DNA from: Magallana gigas
Taxonomy: Eukaryota
Assembly: GCF_963853765.1 (NCBI RefSeq)
Contig: NC_088858.1
Coordinates: forward strand, 29,636,001-29,700,000
DNA length: 64,000 nucleotides
Reading direction: 5' to 3'
A program made the translations under genes and the position numbers. Positions 24,478 to 35,600 of this stretch are shown here, piece after piece (the stretch's first letter is position 1; every line of letters starts with the position of its first letter). A model generated the notes under the pieces. The model was given only the letters and a program-made list of their open reading frames with translations. It did not search any database and was not told the DNA's origin.

Positions 24478-24713
24478 ATGTTGGAAGTTCCAAAATTAAA
24501 GTTGGAAAAATCAACTTTAAAAGTTGAATATTCAAAGATTAAAGTTGGAAAAATGCACGTCTAATTAAGTTGAAAATTCCGAGTTGGAAATTACAACTTT
24601 AAAGTTGGAAAAATCAACTTTAGAATTTGAAATCCAACTTTATGTTGGAAATTCTGAGATTAAAGTTGGAATTTAAAAAAAATTCCAAACAGGCACTTAA
24701 ATACGCTTCCGTA
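24478..24713. repeat. Array of AAGTTG/CAACTT self-complementary motifs, probable DNA-transposon subterminal region
   Basis: AAAGTTGGAAAAATCAACTTT occurs at 24498 and 24601, with several further AAGTTG copies. The array ends at TACGCTTCCGTA. Confidence 0.5.
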
Positions 24714-25596
24714 AAATCAAACTCGCTGATACCCCTAGCGTTTAGGTCAAGGGTAGAGCAGGTGTTCCTATGGTTAACAATTCAGGAAATTCAAACCCCA
24801 TCCAATTTTTAAATACGTTGTATGTTTTTTAAAAACCCCCTTTATTAGTTTTATTGTTTTTTTATAGGTTGTCAACATGAGATACTAGGTTACGTTATAA
24901 GAATTGTCTTATCCCCTTGATATACATGTACCAATTACTGAACATATTGTCTAATAAAATACTAGTATTAAAACGTAGATTTTATTAGTTGATGTTTCTC
25001 GTGTATTTTAAACACAAAAACATTAGATTTCAACAAAAGAAAATTTATTTGTTTATATTTGCGTAATGTAATGAGTACGAGGTTATATTGTTTGTATTTA
25101 TGGAATCATCTAAATCAACGATTTTTTTTAAATATATGCGGTATTTGAGACCATATACCGGTACATACGTTGTTAAAAAAGAGCAATTATTTTGACGCTT
25201 GCGTCAATATGTTTTTGTTCTTTCTCAGTATTCATTGATACATGTAGCTAGTCACTAGCTAGTTCAATTTTTATAGAATATGAAATTTCGTTCTTTATTT
25301 TTTAATGATTTCACTATGAATTTTGCACATTGCCTAAAATGGACTTTTCAACAGTTCAATAGTTGCTTTGCATCGCTTGGCAATTTCTTGAAAAATTGAT
25401 GTTTCAAATGACGTATATTTCTGGGGCACATGCGGGGTTTGCATGAAATAAAACCTTCAATGTCTAAACTTTTGCAGCTTTTTAATGTTGAAAATGTAAA
25501 AGAACTATGTAATTTGGGTAAATTTATTCACTTTAGTTTGAAAATAAGACAAGATTTACTTAATGCAAATTAGATGTTGATATTATATGTACACTT

Positions 25597-25888
25597 AAGC
25601 TGCAGGTCTGTAGCTCCCGGTCTGAAAAAATTCGGATGGGCGACCTGTTGATGGTGTTTAAAAGAATACCAGAGGCAAGTGAAGAGACGATAACTGTAGT
25701 AAAATGTCCGAGGAATATTTTGGAAACAAATATTTGTACAGAATGTGTTTGGAAATAAGGTTAATCAGTCCAAAACTAGCGCAATTTTTTGTGCGCCGTA
25801 AATTGCAGATTTTTACTATGGGAGGCCCTGTAGCTCCCAGGTCGTCCATACGAATTTTTTCAGACCGGGAGCTACAGACCTGCAGCTG
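25597..25888. mobile_element. 292-bp MITE with ~51-bp TIRs and a 10-bp target-site duplication (Mutator-like)
   Basis: TIR (A/C)AGCTGCAGGTCTGTAGCTCCCGGTCTGAAAAAATTCG(G/T)ATGG(G/A)CGACCTG. ATGTACACTT is present at 25587-25596 and 25889-25898. Confidence 0.9.
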
Positions 25889-26230
25889 ATGTACACTTCT
25901 GCCACATTCTTCTAATAACCTACCTTTACGTGTATATTGTTTATATTTATTGTAGTGTTAGCTGTGCAGCTTACGGATGATAAAGAACTGAACTGAACTG
26001 ACCATGAGAGATATAATCTAAAAATATCAAAAAATTTTAATTGTACGGACAATAATGGAAAATAATATATTTTTTTTTTTATTAAGTATCGTTCTTTGAT
26101 TTTTACGGGGATGGTCATTACAGTTGTTACGTAATCAATTACATCAAAAAGCCCTTTGGTCTTTGTAATGGATTTGATTACATATACCTGACTGTAACGA
26201 TCACCCCATAAATGAATGATTTTTTATTCG

Positions 26231-28052
26231 TTGATTTGATTTGAACATATTTTTATTGTACAAAATACAATTGGGATTGGGCACAAGTTCTATAACTTAG
26301 ACCGCCCTCTCCCAATACAAAGATATGATACAAAATATGTGTACACAACATAAATAAAGGTTAGTGGATATAATGGACGTATACATAAATGCAATTGACA
26401 TGTATATAGTAAACAACGGTGTACTAGTAGTTATAAGATCAGTTAAATCTTTCAGTATTTTTGATAAAATTATAAACTAATGTAAATAAATGCTTGTTTT
26501 CATTGTCACTTATTGAACTGTCACCCCAAAGTAAAACATGAGTATTGACAATGTTAAGATTTACAATTTGAAAAACGTCATTAAATAGAACATTTCTAGC
26601 ATCTTTATATTTATTACATGTGAAAAAATAATGGTAAGTATCTTCGAGCTTACCACACGAACAGAGTGGACTGTTGATAATATTACATCGAAATAAATCA
26701 TTATTTAGTGCACAATTGTGACGAAGTTTAGTGTGAATGATATTCAAAAATCTATCCCCATATGTAAAAAAATTAGGTCTAGTTCTACATGTAAGTACAT
26801 TTTCATTTTTGACAGAAACATGTATTTTTTCCTTAAAAATGCGAACAGAGTCGCTTCCACGGACATCCGTTGAAAGCGCATTCCATTCATCAACAACAGT
26901 AGGAACAAACGAAGATTTATACAATTCCAAACGACATTTTGGTATAATGTAATTATGTGCATTTCTGGTAGAATAGTTAGATACATTAGCACGCTTATTT
27001 GGAAAAATATCCATTACATAACTGGGTAAAAGGTTTCGGTCAATTTTATACATTGTTTTTAGCCTGGATATTTTCCTTCTACTATAAAGCGTTTCCCACC
27101 CTGTTTCAAAGTAAAGAGATTCCCGAGATGCAAAAATAGGTAAACCTGTAACAATTCTTGCTGCAATCAATTGTATTTTTTCTAATTTGTCTGAATCATT
27201 AATAGAACAACCGCCCCATACATCAGATGCATATTCTAACTGATGCCTTATAAATGAAGTATATAATAGTGACAGTGATTTTCTATTAAGTTTAAATTTA
27301 AGTTTTTTCATTAATCCCAATTTCTTTTGAGCATTTGCTATAATAGAATTTATATAAGATGACCAGGAAAGGTCCTCAGAAAATATAACACCTAAGTGTT
27401 TATGGGTGGGTACGAATTCCAAATCGCATCCTTGAAATTTTAGCGTAGGGGTTACTGTGTTAGGTTTATTACTAAAATAAACAGCCTTAGTTTTTGAAGG
27501 ATTAAAATTTAAAAGCCATTTCTTAGACCAAGCCTCTAAAGTTAAAAGATCCCGATTAAGATAAGATTCCATATCGTGTACATTGATTGCAGCATGTTGA
27601 AGGCTATTATCATCTGCAAAAAGTCTGCAAAATGTTAACATGATATCTGCTATATCGTTTACATAAATAAGAAATAACAATGGACCAAGGACAGAGCCTT
27701 GAGGCACTCCGGCATTAATAGACTTAATAGACGACAGCACTTCACGATACATAACCCTTTGCTTTCTATTTACAAGGTAACTATTAAACCATTTGAACAG
27801 ATTTCCAGTAATACCATAGGTATGGAGTTTAAACAATAAACCTTTATGCCAGACGCGGTCAAACGCTTTGGACAAGTCGCAAAAAATCATGCAACAAGAT
27901 TGACCTTGATCAATTGCTCTTAAAATATGGTCGTACGTTTCTATTAGCTGATAAACAGTAGAGTGACCCGGTAAAAATCCAGCTTGATACTTATAAAAAA
28001 GATTATTATCATGAAAAAAGTTATATACATGTCTAAAAATAATTATTCGTTG
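26231..28052 (-). mobile_element. 5'-truncated non-LTR retrotransposon (CR1/L2 group LINE)
   Basis: RT ORF, then a ~200 nt 3' UTR with a stem-loop, AATAAA, and a short (AAATC)n tail at 26231-26243. RT-like sequence starts abruptly at about QRII-FRHVYNF, with no endonuclease domain. Confidence 0.9.
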
Positions 28053-28064
28053 AATATAGATCAC
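26439..28064 (-). CDS. Reverse transcriptase (C-terminal part of ORF2) of a CR1/L2-type LINE, 541 codons without a stop
   Basis: Motifs QAGFLPGHST, FCDLSKAFDRVWH, GVPQGSVLGPLLFLIYVND, LFADD, KHLGV and LEYASDVW, plus a C-terminal CSCG...HYFFTC motif. The first ~4 codons are probably flanking DNA. Confidence 0.93.
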   Translation of the reverse strand: MIYIQRIIIFRHVYNFFHDNNLFYKYQAGFLPGHSTVYQLIETYDHILRAIDQGQSCCMIFCDLSKAFDRVWHKGLLFKLHTYGITGNLFKWFNSYLVNRKQRVMYREVLSSIKSINAGVPQGSVLGPLLFLIYVNDIADIMLTFCRLFADDNSLQHAAINVHDMESYLNRDLLTLEAWSKKWLLNFNPSKTKAVYFSNKPNTVTPTLKFQGCDLEFVPTHKHLGVIFSEDLSWSSYINSIIANAQKKLGLMKKLKFKLNRKSLSLLYTSFIRHQLEYASDVWGGCSINDSDKLEKIQLIAARIVTGLPIFASRESLYFETGWETLYSRRKISRLKTMYKIDRNLLPSYVMDIFPNKRANVSNYSTRNAHNYIIPKCRLELYKSSFVPTVVDEWNALSTDVRGSDSVRIFKEKIHVSVKNENVLTCRTRPNFFTYGDRFLNIIHTKLRHNCALNNDLFRCNIINSPLCSCGKLEDTYHYFFTCNKYKDARNVLFNDVFQIVNLNIVNTHVLLWGDSSISDNENKHLFTLVYNFIKNTERFN

Positions 28065-28799
28065 ATTGACAACAAAAATGTAAGTAATTCACTGTGATAT
28101 CTCGGGTATGTGCAGGTAACAGTTCGATTCATTTTCATCGATAGATCGTTTGTAGTACATTTTCATATATTAACCATCGATATAATTTTTTTTTTAACAA
28201 GTCAGCTTTGATGTATAAATAACATTTTTGCGTTGCGTTATTTCACGACCGATACATAAGGTAAAAATAGCTTCATTTACACATCACCTGAAACCCTGAG
28301 AATAAATTTCGAAGAAAAAAATGTTTTGAAGTCTAAGCATTGCATTTGCTTTTTATGAAATATGGTAAAATATTCCGATTCCGGTGGTGTTAATTTTCCC
28401 TGCATTAGCATTTAACATGCCTGATCCTCACCCGGCATTAACCTTCGCCAGGAATCTAAATTAGAAAACAATCAAAATGATATGTGCATATAAATGAAAT
28501 CCAATGTGGCGAAGAGGACAGGTGTCTTAGGCTTCTAAGACTCGGAAATAACTGTAACTGTCATGCGAATCAGGATGATATAAAAACTACACAGCAAATA
28601 AAAATCATTGACTCTATCATACAAGTCACACCTCTGTCTATTTGTTTGTATATAAAGAGTCAGATATAGTTTATCTTCGGAACTTTTCTGGTTTTTATAC
28701 TGATCGAAGCTAATCATTAGTATTTTGGTCACACCCTGTCAATTTGGGAAGTGAAGCACAATCACACTGATTCGGGACTTTCAAAAAAGCAAAAATGTT

Positions 28800-29445
28800 A
28801 CTAGTACCTAAAGGCCTGATCCCCTTACACAGGGGCTATATGGCTTTCACAGTTTTGATAGAGGGCTTAATGGACATCATAATGCATTCAGTTTATCTCC
28901 TCTGCTGAGGAAGAAGAGAAGAACATCTTCTAATACCTATATAACAAACCTCCACTATATTGTCATATTGACTTCGCCCAAAAGCCTGAATCTCTGAACA
29001 GGGGGCTGTGAATTTTAGAATTTTCGGAGGCAGCTTCATGAGCATCATAATCATGCATTTACTAAAAATATCTCCCTCAACTGTGGAAAGATTAAAAACA
29101 TTTCTACTATATAAGAGGGCCTTGAATTTCACAGTTTTGGTAGATGGCTTTATAGACATTATAATCATGCATATAGTTTTCTCAAATTTATAATGATGTG
29201 ATTAGAGAAAAAGCATACATTTTCACTATATGGCCATATTGGCTCCGCCTTTGGCCCTAACCCAGGGGGCGTGAAATTCACAATTTGGGGTAGAGGCACC
29301 TCTTCTTTTCTACTGAATGTTGAGTAGAAGAGAAAGAGATACTAGTATTTGAAATTTGCATCAATTTTGACATTTTTACCCATGTTAACGTTAACGCACG
29401 ACGGACGAAATCGGATTGCAATTAGTCATCTGAGTGACTTTTTTT
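28800..29445 (+). mobile_element. Degenerate Helitron-N with Cg170-like satellite units, same family as 11207-12231
   Basis: Recurrent GAATTTCACAGTTTTGGTAGA(G/T)GGCTT...GGACATCATAATCATGCA motifs. The 3' part GCACGACGGACGAAATCGGATTGCAATTAGTCATCTGAGTGACT resembles 12170-12223. Confidence 0.75.
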
Positions 29446-29948
29446 AGTCTCTCAAATGACTAATGGCAATCCACAATTGAAATCGTGCGGAAGGTCAAAT
29501 ACGATACCAGAATATATATTTTTTTTATAAAACTGGCAGCGACTGGGAACAAATGTGTAGGATATATGCGACAAACTTCAAATCAAAAGATAAAAAATGA
29601 AAAAAAAAATTAGCTGTTATTAATAAAGTTTACCAATAAACCCATGAACCTCTTTATTTCAAAATCATTCGGTCCGTTATTTAAAATTTTCCATCACAAA
29701 CAACACTGAAAATGGACATTCAGCTACATGTACCTAATAATGCCTAACTGGGCGCGTATGATGAGTAGATCCATGGCCCTCATTTCTCACACGAACATAA
29801 CGAGCCATTTCTATTCAAATCAACTATACACTGTATTTCTAAGTCAAATATAATATATTGGGCAATTAAATAGAGTAGTTCTCATTATTTTTTTTAATGA
29901 AAAATGTTCCACATAATCATCTGCTGAACATAAGGCGAATGATTATTG

Positions 29949-31155
29949 TAGCAATGCGAAATGTAATAACAAAGGTTATGCACTGTGTAATAAACTCCAG
30001 TTTTTACATTTTGTGTTATTATATTTTGCGTGGGGATTAACGCAAAATGTAATAACGCAAACTGGAATATCAAAAAAAAATGTGGACTCTAATATAGCTC
30101 AATTTTTAATTATACACTGTAGTGACCCATACCAATGTTTACCATAGACACAAAAAATATACCAAAAATTATCATAATGAAAATATATCAGTTAATTAAC
30201 AAACAAAAAAATTGGTATAGTGTACTTAATGCTACTACTTAATATTTATTCATATCAATTTCGACTTGATATATATGCTTGAGAACACATGCAAATTACA
30301 ACTTGGATAAAAGCAAAAGTTACCTACGTTGATTTGTTAGTCCAAAAAATCTAAATTAAAAACAACTTATTAAATTTTGCGTTGATCTCGACGCAAAATG
30401 TATTAACATAGAAACGTGGAGTAATATTTGACTAAATTTGATTTATATAATGATCTATGATAATGTTGACCATAAATACAAAATATTGACAATACAAAAT
30501 ATCTTGTCTTTTAAAAATACATACATGTATTGAACTTAATTGAGTCCATATTTATATTATAGTATTGGCCTACTCATTTTGATTATAAATTTCTTAAAGG
30601 TTTTGAGAGTTGAGAGAGAAATAAAATGTTTCAGATCTTATTGAACAGTTTTCCTACAAAATCGAACGTTTACATTCACCAAATTAATCTTGGTTTTGAC
30701 CATTTCATTATGATATTTGCAAAAACGATCAAATTTTAGTAATGCGCGAATTATATCGCGACTTAGATTAATATGCCGTCAGAATAGCTTGTGCAGATCA
30801 ATCTTTGCATTCGGCGAATATAAGGATGTCTCCAATTCAGTTTTCCAGGTTTTTCTTTATTTTGTAATATTGATTCATAATGACTTTGATCTCGGAATCA
30901 TATATTTCTAAATTTATACATTAATAACTACAGTGAACAGAATGATTAAATTGTAAAGAGTTACGTTTATTTTTTTTAGTTTATGAAGGCACAAGACATT
31001 AAATATATTTAATAACACAAAGTCGCTGAAAAACCTCTTATTTCATATCGCGTTTTTACAATATTTGTTGATCCCGACGCAAAATGAAATAACGAAAAAT
31101 GTAATAATATGAGTTTATTACATTTTGCTTTTTTTAATTACATTTCGCGTTGCTA
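29949..31155. mobile_element. ~1.2 kb non-autonomous TIR element with subterminal repeats
   Basis: Left end TAGCAATGCGAAATGTAATAAC; right end reverse complement TAGCAACGCGAAATGTAATTAA. The motif CGCAAAATG(T/A)A(A/T)TAA recurs near 30041, 30392 and 31078. No TSD recognised. Confidence 0.6.
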
Positions 31156-31391
31156 GCGCCTTTTGTTGCCTAAGAGGTGATTGTTTCAACAATTTAGAAT
31201 AAAACCATATGATATTAATATGACTTAACACATACATAAAATACTTTTACAAATTGTTGCCATTGCAATCCTTGCATATTGAAAGACATTTTTGTTTTAC
31301 AACTTCTTACAAAACTGCTATGCTTGTTTTTAACTCCTCCAGAGAGTATTAGTTTGGGGAGGGGGGATTATGGTTTGAACAATTTAAAATC

Positions 31392-31744
31392 TAGAGCCAT
31401 TTTAACAAGAGCTTGGAGTTTGGGCAGTACGTGTCAAACTCCAATTGATGAAGGCGTGGTGAACTGATGGTTAACTGTCCAGTCATTGGCCAATAGATAT
31501 AAATACATTGAACGCAATGAACTTGTCCGACTTTAATCGGCTCTGTATTTCGGTTGAAACATCGCCAATTTCACTAATAGAACAGTTCTTGGGGAAAACT
31601 GTAAAAGACATTGAGCCAATAATTATAAACAGCCCCCTTTAGCGAATAAGAAGTAAGGAAGCCACTTTTTAACAGTTTGGTTCGGTGAGTAAACTAAATA
31701 GAAATATCCCACCGAAAGTCCAAGCTCTTTTTAAAACGACTCTA
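31392..31744. mobile_element. 353-bp MITE, relative of the AGAACC-TIR family
   Basis: Left TAGAGCCATTTTAACAAGAGCTTGGAGTTT; right reverse complement TAGAGTCGTTTTAAAAAGAGCTTGGACTTT. Confidence 0.75.
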
Positions 31745-31962
31745 TACTTTTCCGCAATTAATTTTTATGGATACTTGCATATTAACCTTCATTCGTGTCA
31801 TCCTGGATGTACAAAACCAGGAACAATTAATGTTTGTGAAATCTTATACACTGAAAACTTCTGGACAGGACAATTTGAAATTGATATACCTATATAATAA
31901 CAATTTTTATGAATAGCAAAAAAAATAAAAGGACAACGCGTTTGATTAGGAAATAAATAACA

Positions 31963-31968
31963 TTTATT
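31963..31968 (-). terminator. Candidate polyadenylation signal of the Ig gene
   Basis: AATAAA on the minus strand ~640 nt after the TGA at 32608. Confidence 0.4.
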
Positions 31969-32607
31969 TTTTGATGAAACAAAACCATAATTATGGAACT
32001 GATGAAAATATACAAATGTAAAGACAGGATGATGACTAAGGATCACAGACAACGATGTAGTTTTTGTTCCGTCAAATGTAATAAAACATAGTGAGAAAGA
32101 CGTGGAATGTTAACAAATGCGAATTACAAGAGGACCAGATGTAAGTGAAACCTATAGACAACAGTCTTCCTTCCCCAATGCTTATTGCCCACTGCAAATA
32201 TCAGTTCTTCGAAACTTGAATGAATTGAGCTGCGAAACGATGATGCATATAGGAAATACTAGTAATACTACACTGTATTTCCCTGTCATGGAAGCTTTAT
32301 CAAAATAAAGCGCTGAAAACAAAACGTTATCCATAAACTGAGGTGTGGAAAAACTATAGCGGCTTCCAAACCGAGGTTTGCTGTTGGTCGCCTCAGGACC
32401 TCTCTGTAGCAGCCACAAATCACACCAGTTGGTCTGCTAGAGAGAATGCGTCCACTGTATGCGCACTGGGGCCAAATTGCCAACAAAGTGTCTAAAATTG
32501 ACTAGCTTTGTACACACTCGTACACGGTGCGTCTCCATAATGCAAATATCATCATAGGGCGATGTTAAGGCACAATCCCGATATGTATTATCAGTAATTC
32601 ATTTTTG

Positions 32608-35600
32608 TCACCTATTGACAATAACAAACGCGATCGTCGCCAGATATAAGACAAAGTCCAGAACATGAGACGAAGGACTTGAGTTCCTAGATGCTTGGTG
32701 GTCAGACTGAGGACCTAACTCTGAAAATAAAAAAAAATATGATCGTCACCATTGATGCAACTCTGAAAATAAAAAAAATATGATCGTCACCATTGATGCT
32801 TTAAAACGGGAATACTTTGAAACCGATATCGAAATATTTACAGTCATATACAAATAAATGTCTCAAAACCCGAGATACATACCTGAACCATGCTCTCTCT
32901 TCTGGACTCCTTTGTCGGCTGTCACACCAAAAAAGAAAATGTTATATTCATAATATTTAAGTAAATAGAGCAAACTCCGAATTAAATTCTCAAGATAAGC
33001 AAGTATAAAGCTAGGTATGACACGAGAGCGTGCGTCATTTGTATCTGCTCCATACCATTGAGGACGTGCACTGTGATGCTCTGGGTGTCTTTGTCCGAGC
33101 TCCGACAGATGTAGGTGCCGGCGTCCCGCTCCTCGCTCCGCTCCACCGTCAGGATGCTGACCAGCGACCGCCCAGGCACCTCCTGCTGGTACTTGTAGAT
33201 GTAGGTCCGGTGGCGCCACTGAGGGTCGTTCTGCCGGATCTTTAGACCGTTGTGGAACCAGTCGATGTCCTCTGGTGCTCTCAGTGACCCCGTGGCGTTA
33301 CATGTGAGGTTAATGTTGGAATATTTGCTTACATATACTGTGCCATTTATTGTCAAGGCTAAATAAAGAGAAATAAAGCTTTATGATATTGGTTAAAAAA
33401 GAATACTAGTAAATGTTTTTTCAAAATTATGATGATCGAAAAAACACAACTTCATTAAAAACGATCAAAATTCAAATGGTATTGGACCATGTTCTTACCA
33501 GGTTCGAATACAGGTCGAGTATCTGCAACAACAAAAGAAAAAGACTTGACAAGAATGGAAAAAAACCAACGCCCAGACTACTGTTATAAAAACCACGATG
33601 GTCATTAATTAATTCATTACATTAATTAGAATTGTGAATTAACTTTCTTTTGTTCTTTACAGAATGATTTTTTTGGTACGAGAACTAAACGATGATTGAT
33701 TTGATATTAATTCCTCGGTCTGACAACTCGCTCATCCTGTGACCAGCTATAAATTATTTAACCAACCCAAACAGGGAGAGTGATAATTAGAATCAGTGTA
33801 TTTAAGTGTAATAGATTTCGTTGTTCAAGAACTCCATCAAACAATTTTACAGCTCCAATTGAATGTCACGATGAGGCGCATATATATTTCAAATATTTGA
33901 CTCGTCGATACCAAAGGTTAATTTGAACTCTTGATATGGAATGTCATAATTTTAGATCTTTAATGAAATGTGCCAAAAGAATTCATTTTTTGAAATCAAT
34001 GAAAGCCAAATAAGATAAGTGCAGTCTAAAATTACACACATTTTCAAATAAGACATCTAATCAATTTCAAAAATGTTTAAAATAGAGATCATGCATAAGT
34101 TCGAATATGAAATAAGGCCTAGCTCTAAGGCTTGAAAATGCACTTGTTTGACAATAGGCATGATTTTACTTCCAAATCAGGCGTACAATTAAAATCTGCA
34201 GAAAACATACAGTATTTATTTCGAGCCATGGGCAGCGTAAGATTGGACCTCAGTGATAGCTGCAGAATAGACAAAACAAACGACACTTGCGCCTGTGGAT
34301 ACTAATATACCATTATTTATAGATATATCGGAGGTCAGAGCCAGACATCGAATTATTCACTCTAGTACTAGTACTTAAGTCGACCATAGATTCATGAATA
34401 GGTGGTAAATAAACCTATCTGATGACGTCAATACCTCGACCCCTCGCCGTACTTACCTAGGACATTTAACTGCACGATGTAATTATAGATCTTAGTAGAG
34501 CTAATTTGACATTCATATAAACCAGAATGTGAGGGCTGGGCGTGTTTGATTATCAAATCAGTCTGAACTCGGTCATATTTTGGTAATCTGGTAACATCTA
34601 CGCTCATTTCTTCTATCTCCGCGTACATTTTCTCCCCGATTGTCAGAAAGATATTGGGTGACATTCTTCTCCAAACAACCTGAAATGTAATGTAATAAAT
34701 GTAATGTAATAAATGTAATGTAATAAATGTAATGTAATAAATGTAATAAAATTGTATAAAATTGGGAGTACAATTAAAAATAGAACAAAATTGTATGATG
34801 TTTTGAGTATAATGTGAAATGTAATAAAAAAATTGTACGATAATATTATGACTAAAATACATGATATTGTGAGTACAACTTGAAATGTAAAAAAAAAAAA
34901 AAATAATAATGTATGAATTGTGAGTGCAACCTGAAATGTTATAAAATTTATTTTACTGTGGAATTCAATAAAATTTTATGATATTTTGATTACAACATGA
35001 AATCCAATTATATTATATAATTGTTTGCGTATAACTTGAGATGTAAGAATTCTTTATGATATTGTGAATGTAACAAATCCAAACAACTTTTGCCGTTGAA
35101 TTTGTTTTCTATATGATTGATTATTTCCTTGCTCTCCGATTGGCCGATATCAAGCTTTCCCAATTAAAAAATAATAAAATAAATAAGCAGACAAATAAGA
35201 CAATTGACTTGTTCTACACTGGACTAAAATAGATCGCAAATTTTAAAATTCAACATCATTATTGCTAGTCTTGTCCAGTGAAATTTCGCGTCTGTTTCAC
35301 TTCAGCAGACGTAATTAAACTAAATATGATGCACATACGTACTGTTTCAGCTTATTAAAAAGTATATCATTCGTACAAACAATAGATTTGTCGATTATAA
35401 CTGCCGCCATCATAAAACAAAGAAAAGTCTTCCAATTCACTACGTATTTTATCCCGTTTACATATATATTGGTATGCCCAGTTTATTATTGACAATCTCG
35501 GTAACATTCATATAAACATAAATATATACATAAAAAAATTTGAATCATCCTAATACTATTTTTTTTTAATCTACATATAAATCTACAAATTAAAAGCATC

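Noticed and set aside
16306-26200. A PAL (lyase) domain downstream of the PHM genes
   Set aside because: No exon with recognisable PAL/NHL beta-propeller motifs was seen, and both PHM frames terminate normally.
33470-33530. GGTTCGAA B-box-like motif as a tRNA gene
   Set aside because: No A-box at correct spacing and no cloverleaf stems.
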